DNA of 62,000 bases, from assembly GCA_013265495.1 (NCBI GenBank), contig MU061538.1:2003339-2065338 (forward strand), given 5' to 3'. This DNA is from Vicugna vicugna. Taxonomy: Eukaryota. The translations under genes and the position numbers were made by a program. The notes below the pieces were generated by a model, which was not told the DNA's origin, did no database searches, and saw only the letters and a list, made by a program, of their open reading frames with translations. This document shows positions 9,151-21,161 of this stretch, piece by piece (position 1 is the stretch's first letter; each line of letters opens with the position of its first letter).

Positions 9151-11989
9151 TAGCCCCAGGAAGGAAGGGGTTAAGCGCAGCAGCAGAGGGCCTGGAAAGG
9201 GCCTGGAGCGTCATGGGGAGTGGGGCACCCATGCCCTTGCACGGCAGACCCCGTGCCTCTCCCTGACCTCGGCCATGATGAGGTGCCCAGCTCTCCCAAA
9301 GCCCAGAGTAGCGCCCGGAAGACTGATGGGTGGGTTGGTGCCCGCGGAGGCTTGGCTGAGGAGGGCGGCACACAAGGAGCCTCATGGCCCATCTGGACCC
9401 TGCCATGAGAGCAGTAGTAGAAGCGGCTTGTGCTGGGTATAAGCTCCCTGGAAGTTGGGGGGCATGAAGTGGGTGAGCCACTCACTGGGAACTGCCCTGC
9501 CGTCCAGGCCGCAGGGACAGGACCTACTTGTGACGCTTAGCTGCAGCGCCAGCCTGAGAGGGCTGGGGAGGTGCGTGGAGGACTAGCAGGTCTGCAGGGC
9601 TGGAGACTAAGGTCCAGAAACCATTCCTAACCTGGTTTCTTAGGAAAACAGACACTTCTAAAGGGAAATCATAGGATCGCTCCACTTGTGCTAGGGAGCC
9701 CACACCCAAACTCACTCCTTCGCCTTGGCCCCGCTGCCCAGCCTCTGTTGACTTTCTCCAGGGCCAGGCGACTCTTGCCTTAAATGACCTCACCTGGGAT
9801 TTCTTGGGTATCACCTTGTGCCCTGGGGGCCCCTTTCCTGCTCTCGCCCTGTTTCACTGCTATTCTCCATCCCACCAAAATGTGGACCCTCCGGAAGCTG
9901 GGCCCACTTCCACTCCAAGTGGACCACAGAGCCCTCACCAAAGAGACCGAGCAGCGGGTGCAGACTCTTCCGCGACCTCACACCTCCACGGTACAGAAAA
10001 TGTCTCCTTAGAATTGCGGCAACCCGGAAGAAAGCAACACATTTCAAATAATCCAGAGGCAATTAAGCAGGGTTGGTGCGGTGACGGAATTTGAAGAGGG
10101 CCATCTATAGCTTGAGCTGGCTAAAGCACATGGAAACAAGAAGAAAAATATATAAAAGGTTAATGAGCTGTAAAGAAAATCATCCACCCTCCCCAGCCTT
10201 ACAATCACTTACAAGCAGTGGAAGAAATCCTAGTGTTTACCCACTGTCTTCCTTTTGATCTTTACAAGGGAAACAAGTCTTCAAAAGGAACTCCCGGAAC
10301 ACCTGCTTCTCTCACAGAGCATGAGGTTTCTTCTCTTTCTTTCCCTAAAGGCCACAGGAACCCATGGAGAGGCTAGCGTAGCATAAACTCATGTACGCTG
10401 ACTTCACATGATTTTTGGGGAACATGATTGGAGTGGCTACATATTTCCTGAATTTTAGACAAGTTCAGGTTTAACTGAAACAACCTGGACCCAGCCCTGC
10501 CAACCTACCTACAGCTAGTAAGACAAATAACTCATTAGTCTAGGCTTTTCTATCAGGAAGAAAATATCTAAGCCATCCCCCCCAAACATCACAACCAGCT
10601 AGCGCTTCACTGGGGAACTCATGCGGTTATTTACTGGTTAACTGGGGGAGATAGATTTTTTTTAAACCTACATTCAACTTAGTCATGAAATTGATTTCTT
10701 TCTTCCTTTATCAAATAGAAATATATTGAGAATTATAATTTGATATAAAAGGGCAAAACTAAGTTGTGAGTTAAATTCAAACAGGCCCTAGACTTGATTG
10801 CATTATCGATCAGTTTCACTGAGTTCAGCGAAGCTGGTGGTTTCTTTAGCTTGAATAACTGATCAATATTCTCGAGTGTATAGTATGGGGGTGTGTCCCC
10901 CCATTCATTCCTGTGCTAAGAAATAAAGAGCACTCTTGGGAGGAGCGGTGGCCTTTTCAGGGCACAAGGCTCGGTCATGAGATGTCACCCTGAATAGCAG
11001 TGCACTGTGTGCTCACCAAGGCCCACCTGCCCTCCTGGGGCAGCTCCCACTGTTGCCGTCAGGGCCGAAGAGTCACCCTCATAACCTCTCCCTGAACTCG
11101 TTTCTGCCCTGTTCCCTCATCCCAGCACACCTCGCCCACTCAAGATAAAGCCCACTGAAGCAATATTTTAAAGTTAAGGCAAATTATAGAAGTGCTCTTT
11201 CTCCTCCCCCAAAACTCTTCCCTCTACTCAGGGCCCTCTACAAAAATATTCTATTTCTCTGCAGGCAGCTTTTTGTGCTGCATCTAATGTTACAGAGTTT
11301 CAGGGTTTTGTGTGTCTCATATCAGTTAATCCCCCAAGACACAGCAGCCTCCAAGATGACGGCGAAGTTCAGGAACTCTATACCTTCTGGAGCATAAACA
11401 CAGGCTAGGAAACAGAAATGGGATACGCACCAGGATTTCCCACATATGTAGCTAATGCCCTTAAATTCCTAGGGATTTACACCTGCCCAGCTACCAGGAG
11501 TCAGAAATGCGAGCTGTCCTAATTAACTACCCAGTTTAGCTCTCCACTGGCGGAGCCTAGGCCAACTTTGGCAGTGGCTGTGCAGTCTCTGGGTTTCAGA
11601 TGTTGAGGGTCCGCGCGTGGGGGCGAGGGTCCAAGGAGGCCGGCGGGGACTGGAAAGTTTGATGCCAAAGCGCTCAGAGGGCAAAGCGCAGGCTCCCCAA
11701 ACAAATGACACACTTTGGGAGACGCTTTTCTGTCTTATTTGCAGATACAAGTTCAGCTGCTGCTCGTGCAAAGCAGCCAAGAAGAGCTCAACCTTGAAAA
11801 CAGAATGTGGAACCAAGTTTCGACCGTTAGGAAACCTCGATCCGGGGACGCTCTCCAAAGTCGGAGGCCAGAATGGATTTTGGGTTGAGCAGCTGCCAGA
11901 GTCTGAGACTGCGCCGAATGCAGGCTTGCAGCCTTTCAGCCCGGGCGGGAATCTCCTTTCCGCAGTAGAAACAAGTCCTGGAAAGCACG

Positions 11990-13500
11990 AAATTGAGCCC
12001 CCCCCCACGCCCCAAAAGCGTCATGCGCGTCTGCGCCAGGGCGCGAGCCGAGAGCCCCCTCTCCGGGAACCCAGGCGCCTCGCACATCCAGGCTGGCAGG
12101 CGATGGTGGGGGGTGTGGAACCTTGCGGGAGTCGGGGGTGGCGGGGCTGGCGCGTCCCCCGGCACCCACTGTGGTCCCATCTGCTCTGCGGAGCGGGGAA
12201 AGGGGAGGGGCTCCACGCACCCCGCATCACCCAGGATCACCTAGAGGTGTCTGGGTGAACACCCAGCATTGGGCTGCTCCGCCCAAGGGGCAGTGGTCTC
12301 CGTCGGAAGTGGGGATGGGGCGCCCCAGGCCAGATTTTTCCCTTCGTGCGCGCACGCAGGGCGGAAGCTGGCTGTGTGCAGGTGGAGGAGGCGCGGGCCT
12401 TTTCTCGTCGGGGTGTGACCTGGTCTCTTCCTTCCAGAACTGGCAGACTCTCTTGGGGGCGCGGCTCCTCTACCCCTCTCCAAACTCCCCAGCCTCGCTG
12501 CTGCATCGGGTTGAAGGTGATCTCTCGCTGCAGTACGGAGTGTGAGACCCCCAGGAGGCCCCCAGGCGGGTTTCCTCAGAGGGTTTCCCTCCCCCCTGCA
12601 CATCTGAGTAAGCGGCGAACCCCCAGGCAAGCTTGGTTTTAGGGGTGATTCTTAGAGACTTGCCGGGTGCCTTGCCCCGCCACACCCCGAGAAGGAGGGA
12701 GGGGGCCCTATGGCTCTCCGAGAGGCGGGGAGAGTCTACACTTGAGCCCTGTGGCTCGAAGCAGGACTCTAGGGATGAGCCCAGGCCATGTCCTTGCCTT
12801 CTGAAGGCGAGGAGGGGACCCCGGCCCAGTCCGGACACTTGGCTCGACAGCGAAATCTCGGGAGCCCAGATCCCTGAGGTGGACTTCTTGGCTACGAACT
12901 TTCCACTGAGATGAAACCCCATCCCCCCAGGCCCCCAAATTTTGAGCCTTGCGAGACCCAGGCGCCGGCGAGGAGGCGAAGGCCGTGGCTGGAGCGGGGC
13001 CCCCTCCGGGGCGCCCAGCTCTCTGGGAGCTCCGGGCCCAGGGCTGGCGCGCAGCGAGGGCCGACCTGGCGCGGATTTGTGAATGAACCGCTGAGCTCTT
13101 TGCAGCTCACAGATCAGAGGGCTGCGATCGCCCCACCGACGTGGTCCAATGAGCCGCTGCAATAGCGCTTAGCGACAAAGCCGGCACGGCCCGGACGCGG
13201 CGGTTCTGCGCTGCGCCGGGCGGAGACGCGGGAGGGGCCGAGCCGAGGCAGCGACTTCAAAGCCGCTCGTCCGGACTCAGTGAAAGGGTGGCGCTCCGGG
13301 GTGGCACGGTCTGAAACTGCATCGCTCCCCGCCCCCAACCCCCACCCCCGAAACGCCCACAGGCGTTCGGTGATCCGAGCTTCCGGCCACCTCTGACCCT
13401 CCCCGCGCGCGCGCGCCCTTCGCGTCCCCCGGGGCCCCTGGGCGCCATCTCGTCCCCACACGGCCTCGTCTCCACGGCCTCGCGGGTCTGGCAGACTCGC
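11990..13500. promoter_or_regulatory. Upstream CpG island, ~7-8 kb from the EN2 promoter
   Basis: High CpG density, peaking at 12950-13490. Confidence 0.8.
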
Positions 13501-15384
13501 TTCCCTAAGCAGTCCTGTGGTTCAAAATATTACCCCACTACTCATTTTAAAACCAAAATCTTTCGTTGCCTCTCTCGTGTTCCCAGTTTTTTGTGGGAGG
13601 CAGGAACGCTCATGGATGCCCTGCGGAGGAACCCGGCCTCCCCATTCGCGGGTGGGGGCTCCAGGAGAGCCCCTCCAGAAAGAAATCCGTGGGAAAAGCC
13701 CCCCACTTCCTGCTCCCCTTCCCGACTGGCTAGAGGCCTCCTGCTCCAGGAGCGCGCACCTTAAAGACCCGTGATCTCCGTGTGCAGTCTCGGCCCCCAA
13801 GCCTTCCCCACCCACTTTCCAAATGCCCGCGCTAATTTTTCTGGAGAGCCGTGGAGAAGGCGGAGGGGAGGTGGGGGCACCTTGGGGGCAGGGAAGTTTG
13901 CTTAAAGGGAAGGAGAAAGGGGTCAGAGGTTAGCAGGGATTACAGGTCGGTGGCCCCGCTCATCCTCAGTGGCCCAGGGAGGGAATCACTGAAGCAGGGG
14001 GTCTGGACATCTTTTTAAAAAGGAATTTGGGGGCAGGGCGTTGGTGCAATGAAGTCTACATGAAGTACAGGTCCAGAATGGAAGGGAGCAGAGGGCAGAA
14101 TCTAGGCGATGCATAGCGAAGGAGGAGAGGACCTTGGAGAAAAGAGGGGCAGCGCTTGGTCTTGACGACTCTGCGCCCCACGACGTCCCCAGCAGAGGCT
14201 GCGTTCCCTCCTGCACCTCGTGGGCCCACGGATTCGGCTTCCACCCACCGAATGAGCGCGCCTCTGTCCACGCACAGTCTTTAAGGGTCTTCCTCCTCCC
14301 CCCTCTTCCCTGCTACCCGCTTGGGGAAGACCTCCGGAAGGCCCTCCTCTGCTTTCCCCTCCCCAAATTCCCCAGGGTAAATCCCCTCTGGGATGAACTG
14401 ACCACAAGAGGAGCTCTGACTATGGGGACTTCCCAAAGCCTCGGCAGCCAAGAGTAAAGGAACACGGGAACTTGCCGTTTCCTTCCCCACTTAACCTGCC
14501 TCCATCCCTGCAACCAGCCCTGAAGGGATGAGGCCTTCACTATGAAGCGCCGCTGCCCCACGACAACTGAGACTTCTCTCCAGCTCTGAGCATGAGACTT
14601 GTGTGCCTGACGGCCTCCTGGCCGCCACCACTCTGAGGTCTAACGGGCATTTGAAATGTCACAGTCTGAGTGGGATCGACTGAGTCTGACCCCCTTGCCC
14701 ACAGCCTGCCCCTTCCGTCTCCCCCATTCACCCAGTTGCTCTGGCCAGGGTCCTGGGAGATAGACCTGGTTTCTCCAACTGCAACAGGCCACGCCCTGGT
14801 CTTCAGCTGGCCTGAGGGCTCTGCCTTCCATGTCCATCCCGCAGTTGCCCGTTTCAGCCCTTCCTCTCCCCCTGCAGCCGTTCCTTCTCCCACCGGGAGG
14901 GCTGGTCTTTCAACCTCTCCTGGTCCCCGCAGTCTGCTTCTGGTTCTCTTTCCACGCTTAGCCTACAACGGCAGCTTCCAAGAATGCTGAGAGTTAGATG
15001 CAATCCTGGACGCACCCTCTGAGTCCCCACGTGACCTGCCTGCTCCACCTCCCTCACCTGAGGGTGTAAGCCCGGCCTCCCGTGGCAAGCTTGGACACCC
15101 CAGCTCTGCTGCCAGCCCCCTCTCACTGCCTGGGGCCGGGGGGCGGGTGATGTTCCTGCCTCCCCTCCCTGTTCCCCTCTCTGAGGAACATTCTTCCTCC
15201 AGATCCTTGGGCACAGATGCCCCAGAGTGAGGCCACGTCACCTAAAACAGCCCCCGACCCAGTTGTACCCTCCACGGCACTCGTGACCACTCAAAGTTAT
15301 GCGTGGCCATGAGTGTGCCACTGGGCTGTCCTGGGTGGTGGGCTGGAGGAGGAGCCCCCCAGCCACGCCCACACGGCCCTCAAG

Positions 15385-16686
15385 GGGGTTCGGCAACCCT
15401 CCACCCTCCTCATGGTTACTGAGAGCCCCAAAGACCTCTGTTGATTTGGAATATGCCTCTTGGCGGCTAATTCATCTCTAATGACAATAAAGACCCACGT
15501 CATGTTTATTTAAATCATGTATTTTAACGCGTATTTACAGCATTTCCCAAAACAAAAGGAGGGAGAAGAGTGGTGTTCTACCTTCTTGCACTCCGATGTC
15601 TGGCTTAACAGGAGACAGCTGGATTCTCATCTCTGCTGTGTGGTCCATTATTTGTTTCACATATGTGAAGAGAATGCAGCTTTTCATAAATATGCAGTCG
15701 GGAAAGCGAGGACTGTTTTATTAGCCCTGTGGCACAATTGTGGGTGTTCTTCCCTAATAAGACAAAATTCAGCAGGTGGTAGTTTCTGAAAGGCTAGTTG
15801 CAATATGGGATCTGAAACCATATCAGTGAAGACTTCATACTCGGTTACATTAAAATCCATTGCTCTATCTTATACTTTGGGTCTTTTACCCTCAAAAGAT
15901 TTTGTAACATCATTCACTGGCCATTTGGAAAAACATTGCTTCTCAGAGTTATGCAGTTCTCCCAAATGTTGACAGATTTCGTTAAACAACATCACAAAAC
16001 CACATTTGTTAATATCACCACTGAGCTCATAAGAAAGGCCGTTAAATACCAGGGAGTTGTTTGGCTTACGGTATTGGATACAAGTTTTTCAAAATTTTAC
16101 TTTTCCCTTGAAAACTCAGATTTTATCATTGGTGATAACGACTATTTTCCCTGATATGACAGAAAACATCTGTTGACCATCCAAGTCTGGATAACTAAGG
16201 TCTGCCTGTCCGGTGTGTTTGGCGCGCAGTGGAGTTCCAGGACAGAGGGCTGGTTGGGCTCCCAGCTCACTCACGGGGGCCCTCAGACAGCGCCTGCGTC
16301 TCTGAGAGCAGCACCGTGAACGCAAGCCCCCCCCCACCCCGGGCCCTCCCGCCGGAGCAGTCAAAGCAGATGTGCTCAAGGGCGGAGCTTTAACAAAGCT
16401 AATACTTCTTACTGCTCCTTCAAGGACATTCTTCAGTGAAACTGGCATTTTTAAAAGCAAAACCCTGAGTGTGTGGCTGTGAATACAACGCCCGGGGGAG
16501 CAGTTGGAGCCACAGCCTCCGTCCTGCTGAGGCCTCAGCCTTCTCCTTGGCTGGAATTTTGCACATTGTGCCCATGACTGAGCAGTGACCAGGGTGAGTG
16601 ATAACTCAGCGTAACTGTGCAAGCAGTTGTGTGGGGGCCATCCGAAAGGTCTTAGGGATCTGCAGACCACGTTCTGAGAGCTGCTG
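15385..16686 (-). mobile_element. hAT-Charlie DNA transposon relic (Charlie1a-like), near full length
   Basis: Colinear with the recalled Charlie1a consensus (e.g. gtctggcttaacaggagacagctggattctcat; gttacattaaaatccattg; caaggacattcttcagtgaaactggc; terminal gaccacgttctgagagctgctg). The minus-strand ORF track shows a transposase remnant MPVSLKNVLEGAVRSISFVKAPPLST near 16370-16450. Confidence 0.85.
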
Positions 16687-17816
16687 CCCTCCGGGAATAC
16701 TCCACGAATGAATGCGTTTTACCACAGCCTTCCTGGGTGGGGCGCAGTCCACACCCAGAGCTCTCGGCACCAGATGTGCTTCAGAACACCTTCGGTTGTA
16801 GAAACGAGGCCGAGCGTGCCCAGTGCGTTTGCCCTGGCCCGGTGGGCGCGCGTAGTGCCCTGTAATCTCACGCATTACTATTTCTGCAGCAAGAGCGTAG
16901 GGAACGTCACATTTGTGGCCAGTTTGAGAGTATTCAGGTTTTAGGGTCGAAGACTCTACCACCGTCTCCGAATGCCGAGGCCCACAGGTGGGTGGAGGAA
17001 TGGGGCTGCGGCCCGGGCAGCGGAGGTGTCTCTGCTCCTGCAAACCCTTCTCCACGCTCGCCAGGGCAGCCTTCCCGATGCAGGGCTCTGATCGATCATG
17101 AACATCCAGGTCTGGGGGCCCTCAAGGCCTTTCCCCGCAGGCCCTGGGCCTCCTTCCCACCCTCTCTGGCTGTGTGTCCCGCCCAGCCCACCTCGTACTG
17201 AACTGAAGCCGCTCACCCAGGGCTGTGGGATTCCTGGCACTTTCCAGCTTCCAGACTTTTCTTCTGTTTGGTGTCACTCACAGGAATCCAGGTTCCACCA
17301 GAGCTCCAGCTGCACTGAAAACTGTAAAGCTGAAGACTGAAAAGGACATTTTGCCTCTTGGCGCATTTGAGTTCTGGATGGCTAAAATTGCTGGGAAAAT
17401 GGTTATTCTTTTCAAAATGTTAAGAAGTAGACATTTTCTTTAATAATGCTGGCAGAGAAAATATTAAATGAAACTTGCATGTGTGAGATCTAAAATTTTA
17501 TTTTCTATGTCAATAACATGAGGTTATTTTTTTTTAATTGTGGGGAAAAACCCCAAATTTACTATCTTAACCTCTTAACCATTTCTGGTCAATTAAACTT
17601 AATACAACAAGAAATTTGGTTCCTCGGGCTCACTGGCTACATACGAAGTAAAGATGAGGCTGGAGGTCCTCAGGCTAACCCTAACCCCCACCGCCACCCA
17701 AAGCCTGATGGTGGAAGGAAGGGGCGGGACAGATAGTGGGGCTAAGGGTCCCAGGGGAGGTGGGGGGATGTGAGCAGGAGTGAGGGCGCGCACTTCTGTG
17801 CAGAGGAAAGTGGCGG

Positions 17817-18135
17817 GTCTGTGGGCTGAATGTCAGTGGCCTAGAATTCATGTGCTGACTCCTAACCCCAGTGTGAGGTGTTAGGACGGGGGCCTTTGGG
17901 AGGTGATTAGGGCAAGAGGGTGGAGCCCCCCATGAATGGGATTAGGGCCCTTATGAAAGAGACCCCATAGAGCCCCCGGCCCCTCCCCCATGTGATGACG
18001 CAGAGGGAAGACGACAGTCTGTGAACCAGGAGGTGGGTCCTCCCCTCCAGCCTCTGGCTTGTGGACCATGAATATGTGTTGTCTAGACTGCCAGGCCTCT
18101 GATGTTCTGTTCAGCAGCCCAAGCGCACCGAGGCA
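17817..18135 (+). mobile_element. MaLR solo LTR (MLT1A-like)
   Basis: Diagnostic ggggcctttgggaggtgattagg...catgaatgggattagggcccttatgaaagagacccca. Confidence 0.85.
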
Positions 18136-18734
18136 GGGTGAGTGTGGGCGGGGCGGATGGCATGGGATGGTCAGCACCCAAGAAGAGGCTGAGTGGGGCG
18201 GGCCCCACCGGGCTGCATAGGCTCCCTGGGACAGCTGCAGGGGCCAGGCCACCAGGCAGGGACAAGAAGACGGAAGGCCACAGCACAGGGAAGGGCCAGG
18301 AGATGGGTGGACAGGAGGCCAGGAGTCCAGAAGGGGTGGCGGACAGGGAGGTCAAGGTGGTGGTGGGGGCAGGAGGGGGCTGGGGGCTGGCCTGGCAGTC
18401 AGACCCCATCCTCATCCTCTCCATGGGGTCCCAGCCCTGTGGGATCCTCACCCCCAGTGCTGTTTCCTGCTCTCCTCCTGGACCCTGCCCATCCTCGCGT
18501 TCACTCACTGCTCAGAGACAAACCCCCTAGGGGGCACGTTTGGCTCACAGATCCCAGTGTGGCTGCGGGAATTTGGGACATCTCGGGGAGAAGTCCCCAA
18601 GCACAGGGACCAGGATGGCTTATCCCCAGCACGTAGAGGCGAAGACGAGACACATTTGTGGACCGATGGCTGTGTCCTAGGCATTGTTCTAGAATCTTCA
18701 CGAGGAATTGATAGCCCCCGCCCCACAGGCGTCT

Positions 18735-19085
18735 GCGCCAGTCAGGGCTCTCTGGAGAGCCAGCAGGACCTGTTCACTGGGGGCTACGTCTTGGAGAACC
18801 GGCTCACAAGCTTGTGGGGCTGCCAAGTCTAGAGTACTCAGGGCCACTGGTGGGCCGGACTCCCAGGCTGGAGCTGAGGACAGGTGCCTCCTGCTCCGAA
18901 AACCTCCGTGTTTGCTCTTAAGGCCTTCAGTGGACAGGGTGAGGCCCACTTGTGTTATGGAGGGCAACGTCCTTCACGTAAAGCCAACTGATTATAGGTG
19001 GTGACCACCTCTAGAAAACACCCCACTGCAGCCCCGGGGCTCATGTTTCCAGACCAGGTGCTGGGGCCTCACCAAGTGGCCCTGA
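18735..19085 (-). mobile_element. ERVL LTR (MLT2-like)
   Basis: aaggccttcagtggacagggtgaggcccacttgtgttatggagggcaac...aaagccaactgatt resembles the reverse strand of MLT2. Confidence 0.7.
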
Positions 19086-19119
19086 AAACGGACTGCCCAG
19101 GCCCAAGTGTGATCAGGTC

Positions 19120-19225
19120 TACAGGGAACTGAAATGCAGGCTCCTGGTCCCTAGCCCACACCTGCGAAGCCCAACTTCCTGGACGAGCGGCCAGGAAACC
19201 TTCACCTTTAACTAAGGTCCCTGAA
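19120..19225. mobile_element. MER5A-like hAT MITE fragment
   Basis: gaaatgcaggctcctggtccctagcccacacctgc...ccaggaaaccttcacctttaactaag resembles the MER5A core. Confidence 0.5.
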
Positions 19226-20313
19226 AAGTGGAGCCCATCTGACTCCTCCAGTGCAGGGCAAGGCTTTGGAAGGGTGGGGTGGGGCCTCTTCCTTCAAATG
19301 TGCCTGCTGTCATCAACCACGGGCACCTCTTGGACGTGACCCAGGGTGCTTAGGTGCGGCCCTGGGGCAGGAAGAGGATGAATGTGAAAAAGCCGGCAAC
19401 TCCTCCCCATCGACTTTGTGGGTGTGTGATGAAGAGAACAAAAAAGCTCCCTGATGTGGCCGGCAGGGTCCCAGACAAGAAGACACATTCTCTCTACTCA
19501 CAGGGGTGCTGGTCATGGCAGCCCGAGACAGAACGAGGTGTCTGTCAGTGTTCGTGCTCGGGGCCCACAGCCTGTCTGTCCAGTGCCTGGGCCCCCTGGG
19601 CACCCCCGCCCCCGCTCTCTGTGCTCCCTGTCCTGTGGCCATCTCAGCTGCCCTCTTCATCCTGATCTAAGAAGCGAATCAAAGCTAAGATCAGGCAGCT
19701 TGATAGACTTGGCTGTCCCCCAGCGCCCTTGACAATTTCACAAGGAGAAGTTACCAGCTCCCCCGAAGAGAGACTCAGATCATCAGGAGGGGCTCAGAAG
19801 GAGGGGCACAGCCAAGGGCTGGTGCATCTGCGGCCTGGAAGGGCCTTCTAGCTTGGTCCACAAGCCCACCTGGCCTCGGCTCCCCGATGCCCGTTGCTCA
19901 GTCCTCAGGGGACCATGCACTACCGCCCTGGAGCGGGGGCGGGAGTGGACTCGGAGCCCCAGCCTTCCCCTCGTCGGCTTCTCTGCCCTGCGGGGCTCCT
20001 GGTGTTTTCACCCTTTCTGCTTTGTGAGAATCGGGTGGACGCTCCATGCTGCAGAAAGTGGACGTGCCTGGTGTCCTCACGCCAGTTAGGACCCAGGTCT
20101 ACGTGCCAGGAACACAAATCCAAGTAGCGATGCCCTAGAATTACAGAGCTCCTTCCCGCACGCACAAGGAAGCCCTGCAGGGCTGCCGAGGTGGGAGAGG
20201 CCAGGCAGAGACAGAGCGAAGCAGGGAGAGGTCGGGACCCAGTCGGCCTGCATGTTTGCTGACAAGCCTTTCCATTTTGGATTCACTCTGTTGAAGGTAT
20301 ATTTCACTGGAGA

Positions 20314-21161
20314 TGTATTCCTTCCTCTTGCTGCTGTAGCAACTGCCATGGGGTAAAAAAGTTACCACTAACTTACAGACTTAAAACAGCACAGAGTTAT
20401 CCTGCAGCCCTGGAGGTGAGACGTCTGAAGTGGGTCTTGCTGGGCTAGCACTGGATGCGGGCCAGGCTGGTTCCTTCTGGAGGCTCCGGGGGAGAGTCCA
20501 TGTCCTTACCTTCCCCAGCTCACAGAGGTACCTCCTCCGTCTTCAAAGCCCGCGGCTCCCGCCTCCGCTCCCACCTCACCCTCCTTAAATGGCTTTGACC
20601 TCTCGCTTCCCCCTTAGAAAGCCCCATGGGAACACACTGCACCCACCCAGATCAACCAGGGTAATCTCTCTACCTCGAGATTTCAGTCACACCTGCAAAG
20701 TCCCTTTGGCCACGTTGGGTGACTGTCCTAGTCCATGCCGGCTGCCATAATAAAACACCACGGGTGGCTTAAATGACGGACCCTCCCTGACTTCTCATGG
20801 TCTGGAGGCTGGGAATCTGAGACGAAGTCTGAGCTGAAGGCACCAGCACATCCGGTGACGGGTGGAGGGCCGCTTCCTGGTTCCCAGACCGCAGCTTCTC
20901 CCTGTGTCCCCCCGCCCAGGGGGAAGGGGTGAGGGAGCTCTCTGGGGTCTCTTATTAGGGCACTGACTCCATCATGATGGCTCCACCTTGTGACCTCATC
21001 ACCTCCCAGAGACCCCACTTCTAACGCCATCACCTTTGGGGTCAGATTCCAACGTATGAATCTGGGGACACACACACGTTCAGTCTATGGCAGTAATGCA
21101 TTTCCAGCTTCGGGGGAGTGGGGCGTGGGCATCTCTGGGGGCCATCCCATCTGACATAGCA
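20314..21161 (-). mobile_element. MLT1D-like LTR interrupted by a nested MLT1A-like LTR
   Basis: Outer element 20314-20723 ends ...cacctgcaaagtccctttggccacgttgggtgac and resumes at 21093-21161 (gtaatgcatttcc...catctctgggggccat). Confidence 0.75.
20724..21092 (-). mobile_element. MLT1A-like solo LTR nested in the MLT1D-like LTR
   Basis: TG...CA termini (tgtcctagtccat ... cagtctatggca), typical ctccaccttgtgacctcatcacctcccagagaccccac, flanked by gtgac / gtaat (degenerate 5-bp TSD). Confidence 0.85.

Noticed and set aside
8654..9481. 275-aa ORF and other long ORFs in GC-rich regions (e.g. 36810-37616, 12470-13162, 2269-3003)
   Set aside because: Pro/Gly/Arg/Ala-rich translations overlapping in several frames are expected from stop-codon scarcity in GC-rich DNA; no recognisable domain or exon structure.
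16116..16670. Domesticated transposase gene (184-aa ORF)
   Set aside because: Only ~26 residues resemble hAT transposase; the rest is out of frame or degenerate, and the element is an internally deleted relic.
19661..19695. Small hairpin (cctgatctaag ... ctaagatcagg) as a structured RNA
   Set aside because: An 11-bp imperfect stem is too short for a pre-miRNA and is plausible by chance in 62 kb.
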